A stretch of 64,000 nucleotides of DNA, taken from the NCBI GenBank assembly GCA_963666315.2, contig CAXXHG010000036.1, positions 73,830-137,829 of the forward strand, read 5' to 3'. This document shows, piece after piece, positions 1 to 9,223 of the stretch. Source of the DNA: Candidatus Binatia bacterium (GTDB lineage Bacteria; Desulfobacterota; Binatia; Bin18). A program made the translations under genes and the position numbers. How positions within the stretch are numbered: position 1 is the stretch's first letter; each line of letters begins with the position of its first letter. The notes under the pieces were generated by a model that was not told where the DNA came from, did no database searches, and saw only the letters and a program-made list of their open reading frames with translations.

Positions 1-1
1 G

Positions 2-385
2 ACAGGCTCAAAACTCAAAATCGTCGGTGGCCATAAACCCTACGCTGAGCATCGTACGGATCAAGATATGGCGGCTATCTATCAACGCAACTCAGAAGCG
101 CTCGGGCGTAGCTTCCCTGAGCGTGGCCCAGCTATCGAACGTGTCGCCGGCTCAACCGACATGGGTAATGTGTCCCTCGCCCTGCCCTCACTCCATCCGT
201 TTATCGGCATCGACTCCTTGCCGGCCGTTAATCATCAGCCCGAGTTCACCGCCCACTGTACTACTGAAGCCGCCGACAAAGCCCTCATCGATGGAGCGCT
301 GTCTATGGCTTGGACGGTGATTGATATGGCAACGGATACGAAGATTCGTGAGCGGTTAATACATAGGCAGACACACGCCATATAA
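2..385 (+). CDS. M20 family amidohydrolase, C-terminal part (runs off window start)
   Basis: GSTDMGNVS...HPFIGI...NHQPEF motifs; close paralog of the C-terminus of 991..2169. Confidence 0.85.
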   Translation, partial: TGSKLKIVGGHKPYAEHRTDQDMAAIYQRNSEALGRSFPERGPAIERVAGSTDMGNVSLALPSLHPFIGIDSLPAVNHQPEFTAHCTTEAADKALIDGALSMAWTVIDMATDTKIRERLIHRQTHAI

Positions 386-400
386 AGAATAGGGGCTCTC

Positions 401-790
401 CTATCCAAACAAGATCAAGCCCAGTATGACGACGGCAAAATACGCAGCGACAACAGCGGCGCCAGCATAGTCTTTAGCCAAACGTTGACCGAAAAAGAGG
501 CAGAGTAAAGAAATAGTTGAGAATACCAATCCCCATACCGCCATCCCCGTCCCCAGGCCAAGCAAGATTTGGATTGCGCCTATTCCACTCACCACTCCGG
601 CAATCGACTCCAGCACGGTGATGGTCCAGAACATCGTGGGAACCAGACTGGACAGTGGACTGTCGGCAAAATGGCCGCCAAAGAATTCGATGTTGCCTGC
701 GCTGTCCATCCATTTATCCGCTGCGGATTGCAAAAACGCGATGGCAAAAAATGCTGTGACCGTCAGTTGTCCAAACCATACCGCATCCAT
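401..790 (-). CDS. DoxX-family membrane protein
   Basis: Hydrophobic helices with FLQSAADKW and FFGQRLAKDYAGAA motifs; GGAGG RBS. Confidence 0.75.
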   Translation of the reverse strand: MDAVWFGQLTVTAFFAIAFLQSAADKWMDSAGNIEFFGGHFADSPLSSLVPTMFWTITVLESIAGVVSGIGAIQILLGLGTGMAVWGLVFSTISLLCLFFGQRLAKDYAGAAVVAAYFAVVILGLILFG

Positions 791-990
791 GTCGTACCTC
801 CTTTTTTCCCGCCTCTTCTCGGGGAGACCCCGCCTTCATGTACCATGTTCTTTCCGGCACGTCGATTTGGGCGAGGTAAAGTGAGTGGATTTCACCCATC
901 AGCCCTGTCTTAAAAAGGCAAAGTCATACTGCTGCTAGACGCTGCCAAGCCACCTATGGTAAAGCGGATGAGTCTAAAAAGGAGAACCAC

Positions 991-2169
991 ATGGACGCCA
1001 AAGCAGGAGCCCAAGAACGATTTGAGAGCGCGCGCGATGACCTCATTGCTCTGAGTCATCGCATTCATGCTAACCCGGAAGTTGGCTTTGAAGAGGAAAA
1101 AGCCGCAAGGTGGCTCTCGGAAACGTTGGCAGATGCAGGCTTCTCGATAGAGACCGGCATCTGCGACCTACCCACCGCGTTTATCGCCCGGGCGGGTAGC
1201 GGCCCGCTGCATATTGGCATCTGTGCCGAATACGACAGCCTGCCTGGCATCGGCCATGCCTGTGGTCATAACATCATCGCCGCAGCGTCGGTTGGAGCGG
1301 GTATTGCCGCGGCGAAAGTCGCTGATGAAGTAGGCCTAACGGTGAGTGTGATTGGAACGCCGGCTGAGGAAGTCTGCGATGCCGGCGGGAAAATCCTGCT
1401 GCTGGAGCGCGGCGCGTTTGAGGGCCTGCACGCAGCCATGATGGTCCATCCCGCACCCATGGATGTTGTTGAATTTCCGATTATTGCCGCTTCGATGTTC
1501 GAGGTGTGTTATCACGGCAAAGAGGCGCATGCCTCAGCCTTCCCCGAACGCGGTATCAATGCCGCTGACGCTCTGACCGTGGCGCAAACGGCCATTGGTC
1601 TGCTGCGGCAACATATTCGTTCGACCGACCGGATTCACGGCATCATTACCAAAGGCGGCGAGGCGCCGAATATCATTCCGGCCCACACCGTGGCCAAATA
1701 TATTGTTCGAGCAAACACGTTGGCGGATCTCGACGAGATCAAAGACAAGGTTTTGAAATGTTTTGAGGCTCGGGCGCTGGCGACCGGGTCTACACTCGAA
1801 ATCCTTGGCGGTGAAAAACCATATGCCGAGATGCTGCACGATCCGGATATGGCAGCCGCCTACCGACGCAATGCGGAAGCCCTGGGTCGGACGTTTCCCG
1901 ATTTCGGTCCTGCTACTCAGCGTGCAGCCGGTTCAACCGACATGGGCAATGTGTCGCTTGCCATGCCGTCGATACACCCCGCCATAGGCATAGATTCTCT
2001 GCCTGCGGTGAATCACCAGCCTGAGTTTGCGGCCCAGTGTGTAACGCCGGCAGCGGATAAAGCCATCATCGATGGAGCGGTCTCCATGGCCTGGACTGTT
2101 GTTGATTTAGCCAGGGATCCGACGATCCGAGAGCGCTTATTGGAGCGCATCATGCTGCCCGTCAGCTGA
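991..2169 (+). CDS. M20 family amidohydrolase (PM20D2/AbgB-like)
   Basis: IHANPEVGFEE, EYDSLPGIGHACGHN, GTPAEE, GSTDMGNVS; AAGGAG RBS. Confidence 0.92.
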   Translation: MDAKAGAQERFESARDDLIALSHRIHANPEVGFEEEKAARWLSETLADAGFSIETGICDLPTAFIARAGSGPLHIGICAEYDSLPGIGHACGHNIIAAASVGAGIAAAKVADEVGLTVSVIGTPAEEVCDAGGKILLLERGAFEGLHAAMMVHPAPMDVVEFPIIAASMFEVCYHGKEAHASAFPERGINAADALTVAQTAIGLLRQHIRSTDRIHGIITKGGEAPNIIPAHTVAKYIVRANTLADLDEIKDKVLKCFEARALATGSTLEILGGEKPYAEMLHDPDMAAAYRRNAEALGRTFPDFGPATQRAAGSTDMGNVSLAMPSIHPAIGIDSLPAVNHQPEFAAQCVTPAADKAIIDGAVSMAWTVVDLARDPTIRERLLERIMLPVS

Positions 2170-2670
2170 CACATCATGCAAAATAATGTGACGCGGGGCA
2201 CTATCAGAATGATAAATTTTACTGTTATCCGGGGAGAATCCGATCCCATTGGTGATACCTACATCGCCGTACATTTCAACAACGGTGCCTTCAGCCTCGA
2301 TCCGCCACAGTTCACCCGGCACCTGGCTCTTCAACGTAAACGGATCGGACCGCAGGGCCCCAACAAGGACGCGGCCCTGCGGATCGGTAAATAAATCGTT
2401 GAAGCCGGGAATGTCGTCGCGCTGAAACAAAATGCGCGTCGCACCGTCTTTGCCGTGACACACATTCTTGCCGGAAATGACTACGCCCCCGTCGGCATGC
2501 AGTGCAATCCCGCCTACCCCGCGACGGCGCGGCACGACGGTCGAAATCTCACCGCCCGGCGCTCTGCAATATACGCCACCATTGGTGACATCACTGAAAA
2601 ACAAATTCCCGGCGTCATCGACGCGTGGGCCTTCAAGCAGTCCGTAGCCGGAAGCAATCGTTTCGAGCAT
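2137..2670 (-). pseudogene. SMP-30/gluconolactonase/LRE family protein, C-terminally truncated
   Basis: LLEGPR, FSDV, FNDLFTDPQGR, NGIGFSPD motifs; only ~177 aa and runs into the 3' end of the convergent M20 gene. Confidence 0.7.
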
Positions 2671-2854
2671 AGTCGCCCTTTTCAACGCCGACTCTGCAGG
2701 GCATTGGAATCGGTTCACAGGCTATAAGATCGCTTTTGACTGTCAAGGGCAAAGGCTGGTGTGAACAGGGAGCTTGCTCAACGAAAGGCTTGCACAAGCG
2801 GGTCGAAGCGGAGTATAGAGCACGAAGAACTAAGCTGCTCGACAAGGGGGACGT

Positions 2855-4537
2855 ATGGCATTCAATCCCAAACATTCCAGTCACATTATTACACACGGAC
2901 GAGATCGCGCTCCGGCCCGGTCGATGTTCAAGGCCATTGGTTTTACAGATGACGATCTGGCAAAACCCCTCGTCGGCGTTGCCCACAGCTGGATTGAGAC
3001 CATGCCGTGCAACTTCAATCAACGCCGTCTGGCGGCCAAGGTCAAAGAAGGCGTGCGCAAAGCCGGCGGTACCCCCATGGAGATCAATACTGTCGCTATT
3101 AGTGATGCCGTGACCATGGGCACGGAAGGTATGAAAGCCTCGCTGGTGAGCCGTGAGGTTATTGCCGATTCGATCGAGCTGGTTGGCCGCGGCTATATGT
3201 TCGACGCCATGGTTGTCGTTGTCGGCTGTGACAAGACTATCCCGGCTGGCGCTATGGCTCTCACCCGCCTCAATGTGCCCAGCCTGCTGCTGTATGGCGG
3301 TTCCATTGCCCCCGGCCGTTTTCAGGAGCGAGATATCACCATCCAGGACGTTTTTGAGGCGGTTGGTGCCAATGCGGCCGGACGGATGGATAACGCAGAT
3401 CTCAAACACATAGAAGATTTTGCCTGCCCGGGCGCAGGCGCATGCGGGGGACAATATACAGCAAACACCATGGCCACCGTGATGGAGTTCATCGGCCTGT
3501 CTCCCATGGGTACGTCCAGTGTTCCTGCCACAGATGCACGCAAGGACACCGTGGCCGTTCAATGTGGACAGCTCGTTATGGATCTCCTGCGCAACAACAT
3601 CCGTCCTCTGGACATTCTCACCCGTCAAGCGTTTGAAAATGCGATTGCCTGTGTTGCCGCGACCGGGGGCTCGACCAACGCCGTCCTGCATCTATTGGCC
3701 ATGGCCAGGGAAGCTCACATCCCGCTGCACATTGATGACTTTGATACGGTGAGTCGCCGCACGCCGCTCATCGCGGATCTCAAGCCAAGTGGGAAATACG
3801 TTGCAGTGGATGTAGATCGCGCCGGCGGCATTCAACTCATTGCGCAGCGTCTGCTAGAAGGCGGACTCATCGACGGCGAACAAATGACCGCTAGTGGTAC
3901 GACGCTGGGGACGGAAGCTGCCAAGGCCGTAGAAACTCCCGGCCAAGACGTCATTCTGCCCCTGCTCAATCCACTCAAATCAACAGGTGGTCTGGTCATT
4001 CTCCGCGGCAACCTCGCGCCTGAAGGATGTGTGGTCAAAGTCGCGGAGCATGAACGCCACTATCATAAGGGACCAGCTCGTATTTTCGACCGTGAAGAAG
4101 ATGCTATGGCTGCCGTCACCCAACAAAAAATAAAACCGGGTGATGTAGTCGTCATCCGCTATGAAGGTCCCAAAGGCGGCCCTGGTATGCGTGAAATGCT
4201 GGGCGTCACTGCCGCGATTGTGGGAGAAGGCTTGGGCGAGTCGGTGTCTTTGTTGACCGATGGACGCTTTAGTGGTGCGACCCGTGGCCTGATGGCCGGT
4301 CACGTCGCCCCCGAGGCTGCAGTCGGTGGACCAATCGCAGCCCTCCAAGAAGATGACATGGTTGTCTTCGACATCGAGCATCGTCAACTGCAGGTCGAAT
4401 TGAGCGAGGAGGAGATCCAGACGCGCTTGGCCAACTGGCAGCCTCCTGCGCCTCGTTATACTACGGGTGTGTTTGCCAAATATGTCGCGCAAGTTTCGTC
4501 GGCGTCGGAAGGGGCAATAACGCAGCCGAATTTATAG
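2855..4537 (+). CDS. ilvD: Dihydroxy-acid dehydratase
   Basis: PCNF, GCDKT, CPGAGACGGQYTANTM, GGSTN, GPKGGPGMREM, TDGRFSG motifs; 560 aa. Confidence 0.96.
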   Translation: MAFNPKHSSHIITHGRDRAPARSMFKAIGFTDDDLAKPLVGVAHSWIETMPCNFNQRRLAAKVKEGVRKAGGTPMEINTVAISDAVTMGTEGMKASLVSREVIADSIELVGRGYMFDAMVVVVGCDKTIPAGAMALTRLNVPSLLLYGGSIAPGRFQERDITIQDVFEAVGANAAGRMDNADLKHIEDFACPGAGACGGQYTANTMATVMEFIGLSPMGTSSVPATDARKDTVAVQCGQLVMDLLRNNIRPLDILTRQAFENAIACVAATGGSTNAVLHLLAMAREAHIPLHIDDFDTVSRRTPLIADLKPSGKYVAVDVDRAGGIQLIAQRLLEGGLIDGEQMTASGTTLGTEAAKAVETPGQDVILPLLNPLKSTGGLVILRGNLAPEGCVVKVAEHERHYHKGPARIFDREEDAMAAVTQQKIKPGDVVVIRYEGPKGGPGMREMLGVTAAIVGEGLGESVSLLTDGRFSGATRGLMAGHVAPEAAVGGPIAALQEDDMVVFDIEHRQLQVELSEEEIQTRLANWQPPAPRYTTGVFAKYVAQVSSASEGAITQPNL

Positions 4538-4560
4538 GGGTTAGGGGATTGGGGTTGGGG
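4537..4560. repeat. Short G-rich heptamer-like tandem repeat
   Basis: ggggtta ggggatt ggggtt gggg directly after the ilvD stop; related tract at 9158..9219. Confidence 0.5.
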
Positions 4561-4671
4561 ATAGGACAGAGAGATCGGTTGCCAATCTATAGCGAACTGG
4601 ACTATAAGACTGACAGAGTAACGCTAAACTGGCACTGCGCAGCGGTGCCCAAAGAAAACAGGAGGTCGTTC

Positions 4672-5064
4672 ATGACTATAGAAGCAAATAAAGGACTTGT
4701 TCTTGGTTTATTTGAGAACCTCTCAGCGGGCAAAATCGAAGCAGTCCTTGATGCCATGACTGATACTGCCACGTGGTGGGTTGCCGGCAATTTCGAACTG
4801 TCGGGCACGAAGACCAAGGCGGAATTTGCCGAGTTGTTAAAAGGCGTCACTTCCGCCATGCCGAATGGGCTGAAGATTACTCCCAAGGTTGTTATTGCGG
4901 AAGGAGATCGGGTTTCAGTCGAGGCCGAATCGTATGGCGAGATGGCCAACGGCAAAGTCTACAACAACCAGTATCACTTCATGATTGAAGTCCGCGACAG
5001 CAAGGTTCAAGCCGTGCGTGAATACCTGGATACAATTCACGCCAAAGAAATTTTGGTTGGCTAG
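4672..5064 (+). CDS. SnoaL-like/NTF2 family protein
   Basis: AEGDRVSVE...YNNQYHF...VREYLDT pattern; AGGAGG RBS before ATG 4672. Confidence 0.85.
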   Translation: MTIEANKGLVLGLFENLSAGKIEAVLDAMTDTATWWVAGNFELSGTKTKAEFAELLKGVTSAMPNGLKITPKVVIAEGDRVSVEAESYGEMANGKVYNNQYHFMIEVRDSKVQAVREYLDTIHAKEILVG

Positions 5065-5258
5065 AATTCTTAGAGTGTGTCTAATAAGTGTCTCTGTGGC
5101 CAAAGCCCGAGCGAAAGCAGCATGACCAAGGCGCCCGAAGCAGCTATATCCGCTGTGATATGGCGATGCAGGGCAACGCTGGACATGCTGCTTGCAGCTG
5201 GGCGACGCCCAGAATGTACTTTTCGGACACGCTCTTAAGGGCGACACATGCGTCGTCC

Positions 5259-6542
5259 CTATTCCGGGATATCAAATCCCCCGGGCACTCTGCTATCGGT
5301 CCGCCTCCCGCGCGAACGGCGCTGAGATACCACACTCGTCCATTTCCGATACGGAGCATCATCCACCTTCGCCACTGCGTCAGCCTTAATCCCACTAATC
5401 AACGACGTACCGTCGTGAGTCTTCTTGACTAAGAACACACCTGTCACGCGACAAATTTGGCCCTGCTTAAAAGACGGTGTCCCCTGGATAAAAACAGGCA
5501 TAGAGCCGCTCTCATCTTGCAGTTTGAACTTCCGGTACGTCTTCTCCCCGTAACGCGTAATGAGCGTCGTCACTTGACCAGTGACACTGACCAATTGTCG
5601 ATCAAATCTAGGCGGGTCGGACAGCAGCTCGCCTACCGCATAGACTGGGGCGTCATAAACGACCTGCTCAACAGAGTCCGGAGCCTCGGCATCCGACTCA
5701 GAGGACTCCGCGACTAACGGTGGAGTTTCTTCAACCGATGCAACCGCATCAGCAGGTCCAATCGATTCAATCGCTTTGGCCACAATGCCGCTGACCTGAC
5801 CGGAACCGTCCCGCGTAGGTTTCACCACATACACACCATCCACGTGATAGGTTGCACCCTCCGTTAACCGTTTCGCACCGTGCATAAAGACCGGGATGCT
5901 GCCGCTCTCATCTCGGAGTTTGAACTTCGTGTACGCCTTCTCGCCTTCTTCGATGCTCAGCCTCGTTACCCGTCCAGTGGCGCTCACCTCCTGGCGATCG
6001 AAGAATGAAGGATAATCAAGCAGTTCGCCGACTGTGGTGCTTGGCGCATCAGATTCCGCTTCCAGATCCGATGCGGCCACTACCACACGCTCAGAATAAT
6101 TTTCAACAGGCTGTATCGTTTTCGTGACAATGCCGCTGATTTGTGTGGAACCGTCACCGCTGGGTTTCACCAGAAATACGCCGTCTATTTGGTAGATCTC
6201 AGCTCTATTAATGTGTTGCACGCCGCGCATAAAGACCGGGATGATGCCGCTCCCATCTTGGAGCTTAAACTTCGTATATGGCTCGTCGCCTTCTTCGATA
6301 ATCAACGTTGTCACCTGCCCGGTCACACGCACCTCCTGCCTGTCAAATATTGAGGGATCGGACAGCAGTTCGCCCACAGTGTGAGGCCATGCCGAAAGCG
6401 GAAGGAGGACGACCACTAGCAAGGCGACGCCTATAAGGCTGCAGCGGGCTGCCCTCCTGCGAAAAGGACAGCCACACACGGCTGCTCCTATTATTCTGTG
6501 CAGAAAGGGCGGTAGCCCATGCACTCGGAATCTCTCCCCCAT
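5259..6542 (-). CDS. Exported protein with three tandem ~85-aa OB-fold-like repeats (start uncertain)
   Basis: Signal-like LIGVALLVVVLLPLSAWP, then 3x (T/A)VGELLxxPxxFDRQxVxxTGxVT...YxKFKLxDxSGxxPVF; repeat also visible in DNA. Confidence 0.7.
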   Translation of the reverse strand: MGERFRVHGLPPFLHRIIGAAVCGCPFRRRAARCSLIGVALLVVVLLPLSAWPHTVGELLSDPSIFDRQEVRVTGQVTTLIIEEGDEPYTKFKLQDGSGIIPVFMRGVQHINRAEIYQIDGVFLVKPSGDGSTQISGIVTKTIQPVENYSERVVVAASDLEAESDAPSTTVGELLDYPSFFDRQEVSATGRVTRLSIEEGEKAYTKFKLRDESGSIPVFMHGAKRLTEGATYHVDGVYVVKPTRDGSGQVSGIVAKAIESIGPADAVASVEETPPLVAESSESDAEAPDSVEQVVYDAPVYAVGELLSDPPRFDRQLVSVTGQVTTLITRYGEKTYRKFKLQDESGSMPVFIQGTPSFKQGQICRVTGVFLVKKTHDGTSLISGIKADAVAKVDDAPYRKWTSVVSQRRSRGRRTDSRVPGGFDIPE

Positions 6543-6565
6543 ATGTGTCGTGTCGCAGTCTCGCC

Positions 6566-7879
6566 CTACGGCCAAAACATCTTCTTGGCGGCTTTTTGCA
6601 ATTCCGGCTGAAAATCCGGATGGGCAATACTGATCAGCGCTTCGGCCCGTTGACGTTGTGTCTTCCCCTGGAGATTGACGATGCCGAACTCCGTCACCAC
6701 ATAGTCCGTGTATTGCCGCGGAGTGGTGAGTGTACTGCCGGGTGCTAGCATAGGCGTGATGCGCGACAGCCTACCCGTGCGCGCCGTTGCCGGCAGGACC
6801 ATGATGGACCGTCCGCCCTTGGAGTACATCGCACCCATCATAAAAGTCATCTGTCCACCGATGCCCGAATACATTTGCGGCCCAACCGACTCGGCTGCCA
6901 CTTGGCCAGTCAGGTCTATAGACAAGGTGCTATTCACTGCAACCTGGTTATTCTGCATAGCAATATTCGGTAGGGAGTTTGTATAGAGCACGCTGTATAA
7001 CTCAAATGCCGGGTTATTGTCCACAAATTCTAAGTCAGCCCCACCGACAACCATGGCAGCGACAGCCTTCCCTTTATGTGTAGCCTTATATTTTCCAGTC
7101 GCAACCCCGCGCTTGACTAACTCGACATGGCTGGCGGTCATCAGCTCACTGTGAATGCCGAGATCGTTACGATCCATCAGAAAAAGGCCGATTGCTTCAG
7201 AAATCGCGCCTATGCCCATTTGGACCGTATCTCCGTCACGGATCAGCGAGGAAGCGAACTCGCCTATCACTTCTAAGGTTCCCTGCTCTTCGTCAGGCGG
7301 AGGTGGCGTGCCAACCGGAAAAGGCTGGGTCTCTTCAACGAGGTGGTCAATCTCTGAAACGTGAATAAAGTTGTCGCCATGGGTTCGAATAAAAGACGGA
7401 TCAACTTCCGCCACAAAATACTTCGCGGCCTGGGCAACGTCTTTGTTGTACCACAGGGTATTGCCGAAACTGCAATAGCCTTTTTCATCCGGCGGCGAGA
7501 CAACGCCAAAGAATATGTCGGCATTCCACGTATTAGTCCGGCCTTGTTCCGCCTGCTTGGCGTACTGTGGATAGTCGAGCGGCATGAAATCCACATAGTG
7601 CTTTTTCATACCCTCACGGCAGCCTTCAGCCACATAGTCAACAATCATATTGAACGACTGCTCATAGCCGGCTTCATTCCAGATGGGATGGCTATACAGC
7701 GGATAGCACTGGATAACGGTAACGTTCTCCAGCTGTCCATTCCGTTTTGCCAATGCGTCGAGAATTGGAATAGGCGGTTTGCCGAGATGCAAGCGCACGA
7801 GCTGATCCGATTTGACCAGATTGGCCGCTTGCTCTGCTGTGAGCAGCTTATCCTTATATATGTGCTGCCAGGGTTCCAT
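6566..7879 (-). CDS. Acetyl-CoA hydrolase/4-hydroxybutyrate CoA-transferase family protein
   Basis: VQMGIGAI, LGIHSE, DLTGQVAAES, SGIGGQ, YVVTEFG, AHPDF; GGAGG RBS before ATG 7879. Confidence 0.9.
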   Translation of the reverse strand: MEPWQHIYKDKLLTAEQAANLVKSDQLVRLHLGKPPIPILDALAKRNGQLENVTVIQCYPLYSHPIWNEAGYEQSFNMIVDYVAEGCREGMKKHYVDFMPLDYPQYAKQAEQGRTNTWNADIFFGVVSPPDEKGYCSFGNTLWYNKDVAQAAKYFVAEVDPSFIRTHGDNFIHVSEIDHLVEETQPFPVGTPPPPDEEQGTLEVIGEFASSLIRDGDTVQMGIGAISEAIGLFLMDRNDLGIHSELMTASHVELVKRGVATGKYKATHKGKAVAAMVVGGADLEFVDNNPAFELYSVLYTNSLPNIAMQNNQVAVNSTLSIDLTGQVAAESVGPQMYSGIGGQMTFMMGAMYSKGGRSIMVLPATARTGRLSRITPMLAPGSTLTTPRQYTDYVVTEFGIVNLQGKTQRQRAEALISIAHPDFQPELQKAAKKMFWP

Positions 7880-7910
7880 GCTTATCCTCCCGAACTCTTT
7901 ATGCCGGCAT

Positions 7911-7971
7911 CTTCTCCCCCGCCCTGCTAGGGAGAGGGCGTCGTCCACATAGTGGGCGCGGGTGAGGGTCG
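7911..7971. repeat. REP-like palindromic element (CCCTCACCC/CCCTCTCCC type)
   Basis: tctcccccgccctgctagggagaggg...gggtgaggg in intergenic DNA. Confidence 0.5.
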
Positions 7972-8122
7972 CTCAGAACAATTATTATCCGTTCCAAGAC
8001 TCCGTCGATGTTTGTCAATACTTCATGGTTCCAAAAACGGAGGACCTGATAGCCTCGGTTGTCCAAGAATAAGGTCTAAAGTCAGGCTGCCTGTGCCGGG
8101 TGGATTTTTGTCTGGGACAGAA

Positions 8123-8365
8123 TTAGCTGTATGTTTTCCATAAGATACCTGTCGTCACTGCGACGAGATAGCCAACCATCCAACGGAGCACAGCGAGTTG
8201 TTTGTGAAGCTCTGCGAACTCTTTCTCAACACGCCGTTTCCACGGTGCATCCTGACTGGTATAGACGACTTCTGCTGCCGGCCGCGCTTTGTCTTCGCTC
8301 GCTCCAGCCTCTCTGAAGGCATCGTAGAGAGGGAACAATACCACCAAGCGGGAGAAAGTTTGCAT
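8123..8365 (-). CDS. Small coiled-coil protein with C-terminal TM helix (DUF1640-like)
   Basis: LYDAFREAGASEDKAR...LAVLRWMVG...ILWK pattern. Confidence 0.55.
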   Translation of the reverse strand: MQTFSRLVVLFPLYDAFREAGASEDKARPAAEVVYTSQDAPWKRRVEKEFAELHKQLAVLRWMVGYLVAVTTGILWKTYS

Positions 8366-8377
8366 ACGGGGATTTCC

Positions 8378-9145
8378 TTACCCAACCAAGCTATGCCCGC
8401 CGTCAACGAACAGCGTCGTTCCAGTCATGAACGTGTTCGCGTCCGAGGCCAAAAAGATAATCGCGGGTTTGAGTTCTTTCGGATCACCGACCCGCTGCAT
8501 CGGGATTTTGGTAATAATGCCCTTGCCGCCCTTCGTATCCCAAAAGTCGTGGTTCATGGGCGTATCAAAATAGCCCGGACAGAGGGCGTGCACACGGATA
8601 TTGTCACGCGCCCATTCCAGCGCCAACGTCCGGGTGAAGGATACGAGTGCCGCTTTGCTCGCACCATACGCCGCCATATAGCGGGCAACAATCTTAGCGA
8701 ACAACGATGAGACATTAATAATATTGCCCTGCTTCCGCTTGGCCATCTCGGCTCCAACATGCTTGGAGCACAGCACCGGGGCTTTCAAGTTGAGGTTCAT
8801 GAACCGGTCCCACTCAGCCTCCTCAAGATTATGAACGGGCGTCGTGCCGCCAATTCCAGCATTATTGATCAGCACATCAATCTGACCGAACTCAGCCATG
8901 ACCTGTTGCACCATAGCCTGAATGTCGGCGTCTTTCGTCACATCGGCGGCTACACCAATAATATTGCGTCCGGTTGCAGCCTTGATTTCAGCCGCAACTT
9001 TATCCAAATCAGCTTTCGTCCGGCTCACCAACGCCACATCAGCCCCGGCCTCGGCCAGGGCATACGCCATCTGTTCTCCCAGGCCCTTACTGCCGCCGGT
9101 AATAATGGCTGTTTTTCCACTTAAATCAAAATATGGTAGAGTCAT
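8378..9145 (-). CDS. Short-chain dehydrogenase/reductase
   Basis: TGGSKGLG, NNAG, YGASK, PGYFDT. Confidence 0.92.
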   Translation of the reverse strand: MTLPYFDLSGKTAIITGGSKGLGEQMAYALAEAGADVALVSRTKADLDKVAAEIKAATGRNIIGVAADVTKDADIQAMVQQVMAEFGQIDVLINNAGIGGTTPVHNLEEAEWDRFMNLNLKAPVLCSKHVGAEMAKRKQGNIINVSSLFAKIVARYMAAYGASKAALVSFTRTLALEWARDNIRVHALCPGYFDTPMNHDFWDTKGGKGIITKIPMQRVGDPKELKPAIIFLASDANTFMTGTTLFVDGGHSLVG

Positions 9146-9157
9146 AGTATTCCTTTA

Positions 9158-9219
9158 GGGGGTTAGGGACTGGGAGCTGGATCCAAAAACCATCCCCCAA
9201 CACCCAATCCCCAACCCCA
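9158..9219. repeat. Inverted G-rich/C-rich heptamer repeat tract (hairpin-forming)
   Basis: gggggtt agggact gggagct ... ccaacac ccaatcc ccaaccc between ACAD and SDR. Confidence 0.5.
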
Positions 9220-9223
9220 GTTC

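Noticed and set aside
2633-3691. 352-aa minus-strand ORF, and similar long antisense ORFs such as 37360..38340 and 14801..15514
   Set aside because: Antisense shadows of ilvD, boxB and an LLM gene with no motifs.
7880-7948. N-terminal extension of the CoA transferase in the ORF track
   Set aside because: Lies in a REP-like palindrome; a strong RBS supports ATG 7879.
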